Assembly: GCA_053919585.1 (NCBI GenBank) | Contig: CM132794.1 | DNA length: 64,000 nt | Reading direction: 5' to 3' (one strand) | From: Euprymna scolopes | Taxonomy: Eukaryota | Part shown: piece after piece, positions 27,215 through 39,658 of the stretch | How the letters are laid out: each line of letters opens with the position of its first letter | Numbering within the stretch: the first letter of the stretch is position 1 | Translations under genes and position numbers: made by a program | Notes under the pieces: generated by a model | Databases searched by the model: none | Seen by the model: only the letters and a program-made list of their open reading frames with translations | Told to the model about the DNA's origin: nothing

Positions 27215-28204
27215 NNNNNNNNNNNNNNNNNNNNNNNNNNNNNNNNNNNNNNNNNNNNNNNNNNNNNNNNNNNNNNNNNNNNNNNNNNNNNNNNNNNNNN
27301 NNNNNNNNNNNNNNNNNNNNNNNNNNNNNNNNNNNNNNNNNNNNNNNNNNNNNNNTTCTATTTGAAAAAAGCTGCACATGTGTAAAGTCAGCATTTGTCT
27401 TTATATTTCTTAGTATTTTATTTTTTAAATTTTAATATGCATGTACTTTTATTTAATATACCTCATTCTCTCATTCGCGATGATGTAATATTAATAAACA
27501 GTTTATATTAATTGTGGGCCTTGTTCTTGGCACATTTCAATGACGTTATCGTTATCGAAAATGGCCGTTCAAAGGCTAGCGACAAGACGCCAATCATATT
27601 TTCATCTATTGCATCATTTTAGTTTTTGAACGGATAATTCTGATCTAGATGTATTATCCCTATATCCTGCTATAGTATATTCATGACTGGTCGTAGCCCC
27701 GAAGGGGGTTTCCGCGCGCACTGCATCGTGGAGTCTCGTGCCTAGCATTCCCCATTTTCGCATCCATCAAATCGTGGCATGCTGACATTGGCTTTTTCTA
27801 GTCAATCATGGCGAAATACAGTCCCCTGACATTTTATTTGGCTCACTTGGTTAACCTCACTACCAAGAATCATATTATAAAGCCCTCTATCATCACCCCT
27901 ATTATCGAAGCTTATAGATTCTAACATCAGCTTTCTTTTTGTTATTAGTTTCCTTTCTTTACGGTTGGCGACCTCTTATCAGTTTCTCGACGCACATTCC
28001 CGGAGTTATAGGTACGTGGGAAACTGGACTTTTCTATATCCGAGTAAATAGAAATCGATAAAAAGTTATCAAGATTTCTACCCCACAGTCCGAGACGTAT
28101 TGTATATATGCGTAGTCTCGTTTATTAATAAAAAAAATTGTTTCGTTACGGAAAACCGTGAATTTTTGTATTATAAATATAAGCTAAGATAATTTTTTTT
28201 CTTG

Positions 28205-28265
<61 letters not shown>

Positions 28266-28442
28266 TATAAGATAAAATTAAAAGCCAAGAACAATGCGAG
28301 ATTTTTTTTTATATAGAGTAAAATTAAATGCAAACAAAAGAAATAAATTTCTTTTTTTTGTTGTTTGTTTTTTCTTTTTCACACAAATTTTAACTCTAAA
28401 CAACAGTAATTTTTTTTCTGTTGTATTCAATGGTGTTGTAAA

Positions 28443-28482
28443 TCTCAATATATTTCAGACTTATTAGTCCATTTTCAAGAGA
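28443..28482 (-). ncRNA. Degenerate minimal hammerhead in a PLE 3' pseudo-LTR
   Basis: tctc-TTGAAAA-t-ggac taataa gtct-GAAA-tata-TT-gaga. Stems I and II pair; there are two core substitutions. Lies about 210 nt downstream of the GIY-YIG stop codon. Confidence 0.55.
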
Positions 28483-28691
28483 AGACAGCGGAAGAGTGTT
28501 CAAAATTGGAAAAGTAGCCGCAGAGTTTGCCACGTGATACCGCGAAATATAGAACAAAAAATGACGTTAGGAGAACGTTAAAATAAATCAGTTGATGTTT
28601 GAAATACTTGTTGCGTTTGTGAATCAAGGGAGATGACTATTCAAGCAAGGTTTTTTTTTTTTTTAATTATTGTTTTTCTTATGTTTTAAAC

Positions 28692-28931
28692 TTATATTAT
28701 AAAAGCGGAGCTCAATTCCAGTCTATTGTTTAGTGTGGGAGTATTTTTTGAAATAATTAAAGATTCGAGGATACGAAGTTGACCTACGTTTCTTGAAGAA
28801 GCAAGAATGTTGATGTGAAAATCTGGTTCTGAATTAATGCAAGTGCGAATATGTTTATAGAACGACAAAGCAGTAGTGTTTAAGTGCTCTTTAATGCGGT
28901 GATGAAGCAATCTGGTAGTGCTTCCGATATA
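28692..28931 (-). mobile_element. Penelope-like element GIY-YIG endonuclease C-terminal fragment
   Basis: YIGSTTRLLHHRIKEH...LRILESLII...PTLN*: the YIG, R, H, E and PxLN motifs of PLE endonucleases. 5'-truncated at a (TA)n tract. Confidence 0.88.
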
Positions 28932-29323
28932 TATATATAAATGACAAAAAAACTATATTCCAAATTCCAAGATGCTTTTCATCTAACCGTTTATTACTTT
29001 CAGAATGGAAAAGGATGAGCAACTGTTTGGCAATTATTTGTATTTATATTTAACATACATCGGGCTTCATAAATAACATATGCTTAGTACAGGAGGACCC
29101 CCCCAAGACAAAAGCTAAATGGAGGCCATCCAGAACATATGCTGTAGAACGGAGAAAAAAAAAAGCCAAAGACCCTAGTGTTTTGACGTGATGTTTTGAA
29201 TATAATAAACTAGTTATGACGAAACTTTCATTTCATTCGGACAAAACACTAAGAAACGGGGCCTAATTAGAGTTGGAGTCCGTTTTTTGGGTCACCCTGT
29301 ATAAATAAATTGTAGAATATCAT

Positions 29324-29826
29324 ACTAGCAGAAAGACCCAGCCTATAAAAAATATAAAACTGTAGATTGGGGCGCGATTGAAAGAAATGTTTCTTTTTAG
29401 AGAACAATTTAAATATGATACGTGGTTTTTGTACACTTTATCTTGATTCAAATATTCATGCAAAATTTATTTCTCAAAATCAACATTTGGTTCTTTCATA
29501 AGACATGGGCGCGTCAAGCACAATTTGACTATGATACATGACTTTTGCATTTTAAACCATTTAGTCTAGGCATTTTTTTTTACAGATGATTTCATAAAAT
29601 CAACAATAGAGTCTGTGTAGTGTTCTGTACATTATAATAAGTCACTGTAAGAAGGATTATAGAGCTTCCTCTACAGTACGGTGGGGACCATAACTAGAGC
29701 AGGCAATCAATGGATTTGATTACAATTAGACGATTCTACCGATTTTAATGACAATGCATGTATGGGAGGGTGGAACACTTGTTGATGCTCATTCAATACC
29801 GAACAACGTCGGGTCTCCCTGCTAGT
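29324..29826. mobile_element. Helitron-like remnant bounded by two outward-facing CTAG ends
   Basis: actagcagaaagaccc on the left and gggtctccctgctagt on the right form a 14/16 inverted match; hairpin ccgaacaacgtcgg lies near the right end. Confidence 0.55.
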
Positions 29827-30560
29827 AAATGATATTAGCACTATATTTAAATGAAATATAAATTTGGTTTCTTTTCAGATAATATTATGTCATATAAACA
29901 CACGAAGATAGTGGAATTTCATAAGATGTTTGTGTTTGTCATCTAATGTAATACGTGTTTTTATGTATAATTAATTTTAATTTAATGTAGCATACGTAAT
30001 ATATGTGACATAACGATTAACTAGTGTTTTGAATCCTTCTAATTGGACTTGCCTCTACTGTTCTATAATCACATTTAGTTTTTCTAAAGGAACTGAAGTT
30101 AATATCTATCAAACGCAGCACTTTATCAGTTAGTACCACTGCTTGCTATTAAAGTACATAGGTATAGTTTTGATTTCCAATTTAGGAGTGTTTCAAATCA
30201 AGTGAGAAGAACTGTGATCTTATCCAAACGTCTGCCTGTGGATGATACCCAAGCATTTTTGTCGTAGGTAAAACACTGTTTTTTAAGGCTGTCGCTTGTT
30301 GATTTCTTAGCGTCATTACAAAGATATTTGTAAACATACAATTGGGCGACTCTAAAAGTCGCGGTAAATCTTTATATGAAACGTGGAGAGATCATTTATA
30401 AGCATCGATCCCATAATTCATATACCTGAACTGCTGACTATCTACGAGGTCATTTTTGTTTACTTCCTGGTTTTGAATGAGTGCTAGTCTAACCATATTA
30501 AAGTTGACATACAGCGAAACAATATATATGACAATATCTATAGCGATATTTACAGATATA

Positions 30561-30960
30561 CTAGCAGGCCGACAGGCATAGCCCGGTCGTTAAATTTGCT
30601 TAAATATAATATTTTGATAAATGCAGATTTTGTATTTATTAGTATATTATATTAGACTAAATATATAGTAATGATTTAAAAGTTTAAAAAATTGCTCGTG
30701 CGCCACCACCGAGATTCGAAACCAAAACGTTTAGCTTACGATTTACTTTTTTCTTTGATGTCAATGCCTGATCTATGAAGACGTGTTTGCTGCAAATTCC
30801 ATTCTTTTTTTAACTTTCACACTTTGGCGCCGATTTTCCCCGTCAAAAAATCCAAATATAAAGTTTTTCACGGCTTCGAATACCATATATATGAAATTTC
30901 ATATGTGTAGACCAAAATCTAACGGATGACTTTGGTAGGCAACTTTTTAAAAACAAATAT
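30561..30960 (-). mobile_element. Non-autonomous Helitron-like element
   Basis: A|CTAG end with adjacent ggccgacaggcatagcccgg; internal B-box-like gattcgaaacc. Confidence 0.5.
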
Positions 30961-31001
30961 GTACATGCATACATATATATATTTATATATATATGTATAT
31001 A

Positions 31002-31057
<56 letters not shown>

Positions 31058-31427
31058 GAACGCGGTTTGTGCTTACTATAACCTTTTTATGCAAATATTA
31101 CGCAAGTATAAATCATGTAGAATATCTACATAAATATAATTACACGTAATAGTTTACTAAAGATGATAATACCATAAGAGAGCCGAACAACTTATAAGGA
31201 ATTAATTAAAAAGAATGTTTAAAAAATATGCCAAAGAGCTAGATCTGTTGAAGAATGAAGGCAATTCCACGATTAATATATAACAATTTTCTTTTCTTTT
31301 TAAATAAATTGAATAAAGGGAGTTTAATGTGAATATAAATGCACATAAAAAACAAATTGGTAGGAGTATAGAAAACAATCTAATTTTATATTTATCCACC
31401 CCTTTCTCTGTCTCATGTATGTATATA

Positions 31428-33046
31428 TGTGACCTAGACACGTGTGCCTTACACGCCCTTGACCCCTGATCGCGGCCCAGTTATGATCTGCACCCTGGTC
31501 GGTGCAGTTATGATATGTCGACTGGGCAACCAGGTCTGCCAACCGTTAGTACGTCGCGTCACCCAGTGAGTTCTTCGTTAAGGCGTTGGGGATTCTTCTG
31601 GGATGCTCGGTCCTCAAGGCCTGTTCTCCGTGGATCGTCTAGTTATCCTGGGTGTTCGTTGACGGATACGGTGTCACAAATGGCAAATAAAGAATGTACA
31701 TTTATAGGGATCAACGCACATCAACAACAAAACTCCGGAGGTTGGTTAATATAATATATATTTACGGAAATTCATAAAATAAGTATTTACAGCATATACA
31801 TATAGTTGACAATTAATTCAAGCAAGCAGTTAGTTCTACAACTGAGCTTCTGTTGTTGAAATACCTGGTCGGTATCGCGGACTTTGCGTAATTCTCATTA
31901 AGTGATCGACACGTTATAAGCGTTGAGTTATCAGGCAACAAGCGAGGGGGAGAGAGAGAGGTGATTCTGCCGAGACTTATCTCTCTTCTTCTGTTCTTCT
32001 GTTCTCTCTTACTTACTTTTACTTCTGACTACTGACTTAATCTCTGATTTTTCATTTCTTTTATAATACAATTATAGAATGATGACGACACTCATGTTCG
32101 TCATCGACCAATCAAATTGCTTGATTATAATTCGACGGGGCCTTTTCTCATTGGTTGATTATACTTCGACAGGGCCCTTTTTCATTGGTCCATTTGCAAA
32201 ATTGGATTGACTTCTCCCTTAATTAACGCCCAACTTACACGTTGTATTAATTAACTCCTCCCTGGCTACTAATGGAATTTCCCCATATCCAGGAAAATTA
32301 TTTTTCCTTTGGCTTAAAGCAAATCACGCGATTTTATTTGTTTTAAAATTATCTATTGATCTCACCTTTCGCTTTGATAATTCAAAGGGATTTTAGTTTA
32401 TCTTTGAATTAAGTTCTGGTTGTCGGCCATTTTATTATATCAGACATTTTGTTTACGTCAAAAGACCAAGAATGCATTTGTCGCTTTGAACTTATCGGAC
32501 AACACATTTTCCCATCCGAGCAAACATATTTCATAACTTTCGTTCGACCTGATTCACCAAATGACAATTCTCGATACGTTATTTTATTGTTTAGAAATTT
32601 CGGACAATTCATTTTTTTTCCTCTTCTTTGTTCTAAACATAATGCCGAGTCACTGCGTGTGATTCTCTTAGATCGAAAACAACCCAACTTTTCAACTTGT
32701 CAAATTCACAGGTCAACTTTGGCTCATAGTTTTGCCAATTGCGGGTGTGAAATCCCCACCCCTCCGGCTACTGTACACTATGATTTCGGCCCTTGGAGAT
32801 CAAACATTTTATGCATTCTTTTTCGCTTTTGAAGTCTAGAATGTGATTCAACTTTTCGCTACAAAGGCACTCTTGCCGCCGCCATTTCAACAACAGACTT
32901 AGCTCAGAATTTATTCACAAATAAAAATTAATAATAATTTTTATTCCTTCAACCCGATTATCGTCCGGGAACAAAAAATTACTTTTAACTAAAAGAAACG
33001 TCACATCAACCCTACAGGTCTGATGTGGCCTCTCTTTAGTGTTACA
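31428..33046 (-). mobile_element. Solo LTR (~1.6 kb), Gypsy-like
   Basis: Termini TGTGAC...GTTACA flanked by TATA on both sides. CCAAT/ATTGG motifs sit in a ~37-bp tandem at 32107-32190. Minus-strand TATAAAAG at about 32057-32064 is followed by a TCAGT initiator-like motif about 30 nt downstream. Confidence 0.72.
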
Positions 33047-33056
33047 TATATATATA

Positions 33057-33120
33057 TTTGAAAATAATTTCTGACGAGGACGCTTCACAGAACGTCTGAA
33101 ACGCGTAAAAACGATTTCAA
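33057..33120 (+). ncRNA. Minimal type-I hammerhead ribozyme (family B)
   Basis: ttgaaaataattt-CTGACGA-ggacg cttcacagaa cgtct-GAAAC-gc-GTA-aaaacgatttcaa: intact core, 5-bp stem II, palindromic ACGCGT stem III, interrupted stem I. Confidence 0.82.
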
Positions 33121-33405
33121 TGATTTAAAAACATTATTACAATAATGCAAACATAATGCTCAATGAAAAACCAAGACACGGAATAATAAAATAATGTTAA
33201 AAAATACACATTGTTAATGACTACCCCCTTATTTCAATATATATATATATATATATAATAAAATAAAAATTACAATTAAATTTACCAAAATGATCCAAGA
33301 TTGTAAAACTAAAGTATATTATAAATATTAAAGAATTAATATTTATAAAGTAATCTCAACCAGATATAAAAGCTCGATAAAACAAAATAGGAGATAGAGC
33401 TTATA

Positions 33406-33848
33406 ATAGGGGCAAACAGTTAATAAAACATGTTAAAAACACTTAGAAAAAGAGTTAAAAACATATTTAATCTGAAAAGGAAACACTTGATAAGTGGATA
33501 GTCCTTTCTTGGAGTTACATTTTTGGATTATACCGTCATTGGATTATTTACCTTTCACCAGACTATCCATTCACGTGTAATCACCTTTTTCTTCACCATA
33601 TTCCCTCTGCTCCACGTTTTTTGTTTTCAAGTAAGATCTTTGACTTACTTGTTGTTTCATCAAATACTTCTGCATGCAAAATCCGATCCCGCATTTTGCT
33701 AATTCCTACCCTCTGATGAGAAGGAAAGTATTTCTTCGAAACTCCGCGGATTAAGGACTATCCTCTTATTAAGTGTTTCCTTTTCAGATTAAATATGTTT
33801 TTAACGTTTTTTCTAAGTGTTTTTCACATGTTTTATTAACTGTTTGCT

Positions 33849-33853
<5 letters not shown>
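33406..33853 (+). mobile_element. PLE-type insertion with ~100-bp inverted pseudo-LTR arms
   Basis: 33406-33506 is the reverse complement of 33753-33853; a hammerhead immediately precedes the right arm. Confidence 0.75.
33710..33756 (+). ncRNA. Type-I hammerhead ribozyme motif (family C)
   Basis: cct-CTGATGA-gaagga aagtat ttcttc-GAAAC-tccgcgga-TTA-agg: intact core boxes, 6-7-bp stem II, palindromic TCCGCGGA, one C-U mismatch in stem III, 3-bp stem I. Confidence 0.75.
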
Positions 33854-33902
<49 letters not shown>

Positions 33903-34016
33903 ATTTTTAATATGTAATATATGCATTACTGTATAACGTTGACAGATAGTACAGGTCACAAATCGCCTGGCATATTTTCATGTTTAGCATATATCCTACG
34001 TACATACGCTAACATA

Positions 34017-35549
34017 CAGTGACACAAAAAGAAAGTCCTTACTTGTCATTTCAAAACACCGCAGTTTAAGCTAAATTGAATGTAACTGTTTAAATCGCCT
34101 ATAACTCATTTGATTCGCCTTTTGTTCCTCTATAATTTTTCCTGATCATATTTGCCTGTTAATGAAGAACTCTAGTCTTCACATCAATTAAAAAAAATAC
34201 ATCAAATCAAGAAGGCAAAAAAAAAACTTCACTGCAAAAATTAAGCTTAAAACCAGCTTAAAATGTCCACCTTTGAAGCAACAAAGCATCTCTAATGGTA
34301 ATTGTTCTTGTTTCAGGTTATGCAACGAAGAATTTAGTCAGGAGCTCATTAATCCCCATCTTTCTGTTTTATCCAATCGGGAAATAAACCGTAGATTGAA
34401 GTGTCATGAAAAATCGATACGAATGACGGCACAAAACATCAAAACACCGGTATTGCTCTTAGAGTTACTTCTTACAGGAAGACAATGTTATCAACATCCG
34501 CAGCATCAGAAACAGATTTTAAATGGCTCCCAACGTCCAACAACAGTGTAATTTTGTTAAAAAGGTGCTCTGTTTCTTCTGTTGAGAACAGATTGGAGGA
34601 ATTAATTTGCGAAGTTCTGTTGCAAGACGCAAGTCAATGATTTCTGTACAAAACACAAAGCGCCATCTGGTTTTTGTAAGATGCAATGAATATCATGATT
34701 CTTCATATTGGTCGAAAGTAGTGTTTAGCGACGAAAACAAGTTCAATAGGGTAGGCAGTGATGGTAGACAGTAAGTTCGTCGAAGGAAGGATGAAGAATT
34801 TAACCCTAGGTGCATAGTTTAAACGCTACAAGTGGTGGAGGTTCAGTTTTGATGTGAGGCATTATTAGTGCCAATAGTCCAGGGCATATAGTTCGCTTGC
34901 AAGGTGAGAATTAATATGACCAATTACATTAATATATTGACTGAGTATTTTTTACCGTACATTGGCCGGAATTTGGATGGTAATCTCATCTTCATGTAAG
35001 ATAATACTTCCATTCACATAGCTGGCAATGTCAAAAAATTCTGTGTTTGGATTGACCCGCACAATCTACAGACCTCAATACTATCGAAAACGTATGACAT
35101 TATATCAAGCAACGGCTACGTATTGATAAAATTTTACATCTGTAAGAACTTTGGACAAAAATTAAAAAGAAGTGGGATGCCCTTTCTATCAGAGTATTGA
35201 CGCGGACTTATTCAAGGAATGTCCAAAAATTACTGGCCAAAAATTACAGAAAACCTATACTACTAAATATTAAGTTTAATGTGTTCATGTTTTATGTGTG
35301 TGGCATCAATGTTCTAAAGTTAAATATAAATAACACTATTCCTATTCTGCTGATTTTCTTTTGCCTTCTCCATTTGAAGTTGATTTATTAAATTGATGTG
35401 AACACTAGGATATTTCAATAAAAAATCAAATCTGAACAACTAAAATTATAATAAAAAGCTAAATGAAATGAGCTATAGGCGGTTTAAACAGTTACATTGA
35501 ATTTAGCTTATATTTGCGTTTTTTAAGAAACTGAATGTCTAACTCACTG
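34017..35549 (+). mobile_element. Tc1-like (DD34E) transposon with degenerate transposase
   Basis: TA|CAGTG start; inverted repeats at 34060-34115 and 35461-35518; motifs WSKVVFSDENKFN, GGGSVLM*G, LIFM*DNTSIH and *PAQSTDLNTIENV*. Confidence 0.92.
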
Positions 35550-35989
35550 AACGTCCATGTGGCAGCGACGTTCACACCGTCAAACAGACATGACGCTGAT
35601 GACGATCATTAGCTTGGATGAAAAGGATCCTAGTCACACACTCAAAGATTCAGAGATCTCCATGATTGGGTGGAAAGGTTTGGTGTTTCACGCTTTCTTG
35701 CCCATCTTGGCCGTTTCAAGTGCTACGCGCCCCTGTATATGAATGACCTTCACATCTTGCTATAAGACGCTAGGGACTTCCAACTGTAAACAGGGCATAA
35801 AGATGCACAAACTAAATTAAAAACGTTTTTTGGGCTTGTGCTAGTGTATTTTGCCAAGAATGGGGTTAACATTAAACAACTGTTTTGGAAGTCAATAGTC
35901 ATCCAGCCGGACAAGATGACCCGCCCAAAGCGTCAGGTTCTTAATAACAATTGTAGCAATACTAATGGTTTTTGGCATTATTTAAGACA

Positions 35990-36003
35990 AACACACACAC
36001 ACA

Positions 36004-36051
<48 letters not shown>

Positions 36052-36355
36052 CACACAGATATATGCACATACATATAGACATATACATAAATATATACAT
36101 GCATATATTTATACATGTATCTATATATGAATATATATATACATATTTATATGTATGCACATATACATACAGACACACACACATATATAGATATACATGT
36201 ATACATGCACATATATGTACATATATATATACATATCCGTACACACACACATATATATATATATACGTATACACACATCTATATACATATATATGCATAT
36301 CTTTCTATTTATCTCTCTTCATATATATATATATATATGTATATATACACACATA
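35990..36355. repeat. Compound (TA)n/(CA)n low-complexity tract
   Basis: Direct reading. Confidence 0.95.
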
Positions 36356-36460
36356 AATGTCTATCTTTCCAGTAATTATTTTATTGATATTTAATAATTA
36401 TTTTATTGTCTTGTTTCCTTTTGTCCAATCCTTTTTACATATATGCACTCGCGTTGCCCC

Positions 36461-36536
<76 letters not shown>

Positions 36537-37098
36537 ATATACATATATAATGTTTAGTATGCCTGAAAATGTATGAGTCATTGCTTGTAAAATTCAAGAG
36601 ATTTCTTTAAATATTCTGCAGAACTCCCCATTTCTTCACTAGAAAGAAAAAACAATGAACACTAATAAGCAATGCAATACTAAAAAAAGAATAATCTTTG
36701 GGAATATGAATATGCAGAACGATGTAAAATCCCTTTGTCGCCATATTGAATCTAATGGCTGGACTATCGGATCGATAGTAGCGCCATCTGTCGATGACAG
36801 TTTCAAATGATTTATCATATCTGCGAAAGTTCAGATTTAACGTGAACTGAAAAGCTGTGCCACGCATTTTCGGTTGCGACTAATGAAATAAGTATAAATA
36901 ATGGCCAAACAATGGCGACAAGGCCAATAATTTTAGAATCAGTTCGGTTTGGTGTCTCCATTTGGCTCCGTGGGAATAGTTTTTGTTATTCAATAACGAA
37001 TGGTAACAGCCAATTAAATGATTTATTTTATGACATTGATTGAAAACAATTTGTTATACAACTTAGAGCTGCAGGAAAAGTAAAATGTCATACATTTG

Positions 37099-37309
37099 AA
37101 AACAGTATCAGCTCATAACAAATCACAATTGTACAGAATAGTTAACGCTGGATAATTATATACAAAATAACATGTAATTCATATTAGACGCAGTAGAAGT
37201 ATGTTCTTTAACTTACTAGCCAAATTTACCGTTTATACAAACTTATGCTACACCATTTCCTTCTTTAACATCCATCTCTTGTTACTCGACTTTTAAAGTT
37301 CTTACTGCG
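37099..37309 (+). repeat. ~210-bp segment duplicated at 42577-42818
   Basis: aaaacagtatcag.tcataacaaa...aagttcttactgcg occurs at both sites in the same orientation. Confidence 0.9.
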
Positions 37310-38449
37310 ATTCACTATCGTAGAAAAAAATGTATAGTCGTATAACTTTAGAACTGTTAAAACTAGTTATATTTATTGTATGTCATTGGTTGAACGCAAG
37401 TTGTTAATTTGATAAGTACTGATGGGACACTATTAGTTCATACCTAGACACACTGATAAATGTACAGCATAAAAAACACCGGATACTTCGTATACCAAAC
37501 AAGCATAATTTACATCTGTTGTCATATCGTTGGAATAATGGTATTGTCACAAAGATTTAAATGATTATATTAATAGCCAGTGGTGATAAGAATGAACTAA
37601 TCCTGTATAAGAACTGCTGTATAAAATAAACTGAACCTTATTAATATTTAAAATGTTTTTACGCATTGAACCGGGAACGGAAGTGATCATGGCTGGGTTA
37701 ATACTATCATTTTTACCCTGAATTCCTTGAAATTGAAAATAATTTTGACTGAAATGATGCTGCAATTTTTTTTTAGTCAACCACATTTGATATTAGTATT
37801 TTGATGATTTATTTTCGATATGATTGTTAATTTTTAGGACCGTTTACTACTTATATATTGATTATCTTTTAAAATTCTCCAAGATTTTTATGACAAGAGT
37901 TCACAGAGGATTCCAGAGTTTGACATATGTATTACCGAATTTGTCCAGATACAACCAAATAAAGACGGAGGTCATTATGGCCGAAACGCAGACACAATTA
38001 ATTCGATAAATGTTATAATTGATTTAGACGTGTTCACAGTCCGCGTGGGTATCCATGGGACCAATGACGTACAACAGAAATTTTATAACCAACCAAGTTA
38101 GAAAACGAATACATTGCAATCTATACAATACTTCTAGTTTTTCAAACCTTATCACATCGGAATAAAAGAAAAACATTTTTTTTTAAATTGGACAATTTAT
38201 ATAACTCTCATTCTACTGGGCAATAAAAAGCGGCAATTGAATTTATTTCATGACAAAAATACTATCCGTCTTTACTTGTAGTTTCTTAGACTTCAATACA
38301 TCTATAATTGAAATTATGCTACATTTTTTTTATATTAAAGACAACCACATGCAATATTAACATTTTGCTAATTTTCTTCTCGCTACCATTTCTTTCATCA
38401 TTCTTATTTGGCTGATTTTATACTAACACACACACACACACACACACAC

Positions 38450-38502
<53 letters not shown>

Positions 38503-38505
<3 letters not shown>

Positions 38506-38842
38506 GTAAGCCGTGGTGAAGGCAACCTTTCTAGGAGAAGCAAATCTCTGATTTAAAAAAACCATAAAACGGGAGATCAGTACCCGCATTAAGCTGGTCT
38601 GCAGTTTAACTTGTTGCTGGCTATCTTACTCTTGCTTGTTCTCAACATTTTGAACCGAGAGAGAGAGAGAGAGACTTAGCTGTCGTACAAAGCTAAGAAT
38701 CAGTAACATCATCTGTGTATAGATACTCCCTCAGGGATTTGTCTATAAAAATGGTCCGGTGGCGAGAGAAGTCATTTATGGGCTCATAGACTTTAAGTGT
38801 CTGAAGGAGTGGCACTCGTCTGACAAGATGTTGCAATCATCA
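38503..38842 (+). mobile_element. 5'-truncated copy of an RTE-related non-autonomous retroelement
   Basis: Highly similar to 63214-63553 (gtaagccgtggtgaaggcaacc...gttgcaatcatca); embedded in (TA)n. Confidence 0.8.
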
Positions 38843-39658
38843 TATATATACCGTTTTAGGTTTTCAATAAATTTCCTGACGGAACGGCAAACATTTATCA
38901 CCTGTGAACAAATAACATTTTAATTACAAATATCCCATTATTTGCAGAGTTCAACATAAGAATTTGTTGTGTCTGCACAAATAATTAACAAGAGCACGGA
39001 AAGTAAAGGTATACAATAATATATTAGGCAGAACAGTTATATACATATTTACATGTCTTCAGATATACTTAAGTTGGAGGTATTCCGGCAGGTGGCATGT
39101 TGGATGTCTTACTGGATGGAGCATAAGCGTTTTGCCTATTTGGCGGTCGTTGCCGGACTCCCCCGGTATTGGTGATTGATACCTTTATATATCACACTCA
39201 CCCGCCTATGTTAATTAGTGGGTGTCTCCACAACATAATTAATAAGGTAGTCAAGGTACACTCGAAAAAGGTTGGAATTTATGACGGGCGAAACGTTGTA
39301 AAATGTAAAATGTAAACATAGATGTTTAAATAATCTAAAAAAGAAAACTTATTCTCTTATCATTCAGAAACTGAGACACTATTTATTAGATCAATGTTAT
39401 AATCGATTTAAGAGTTCACATAGCCTGCGGTGTTATCCATTAGGTTTATGACGTGCAGTAGAAAATTGTAAAAATCAAACGAGATAATAAAATGCAATCT
39501 ATATAATACACCCCATTTTACCAAAATTTATCACGCCAAAATAAAATGAAGATGAGATGAGATGTCAAGCTTCTGAACCACGATATAGTGGTTTTCTGCA
39601 TTTGATGCATTGCCTCATCTCCCGTGTATATACAGTTGCAACTAATGTTGCTTTTCTT

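Noticed and set aside
35593-35640. CTGATGA...GAAA-aggatcct-aGTC hammerhead-like motif
   Set aside because: Stem II is out of register, stem III needs a 2-nt insertion and stem I does not pair. At best a heavily decayed relic.
35838-36597. IYIYIY/HTHT ORFs here and elsewhere, and ORFs spanning N runs
   Set aside because: Microsatellite and gap artefacts.
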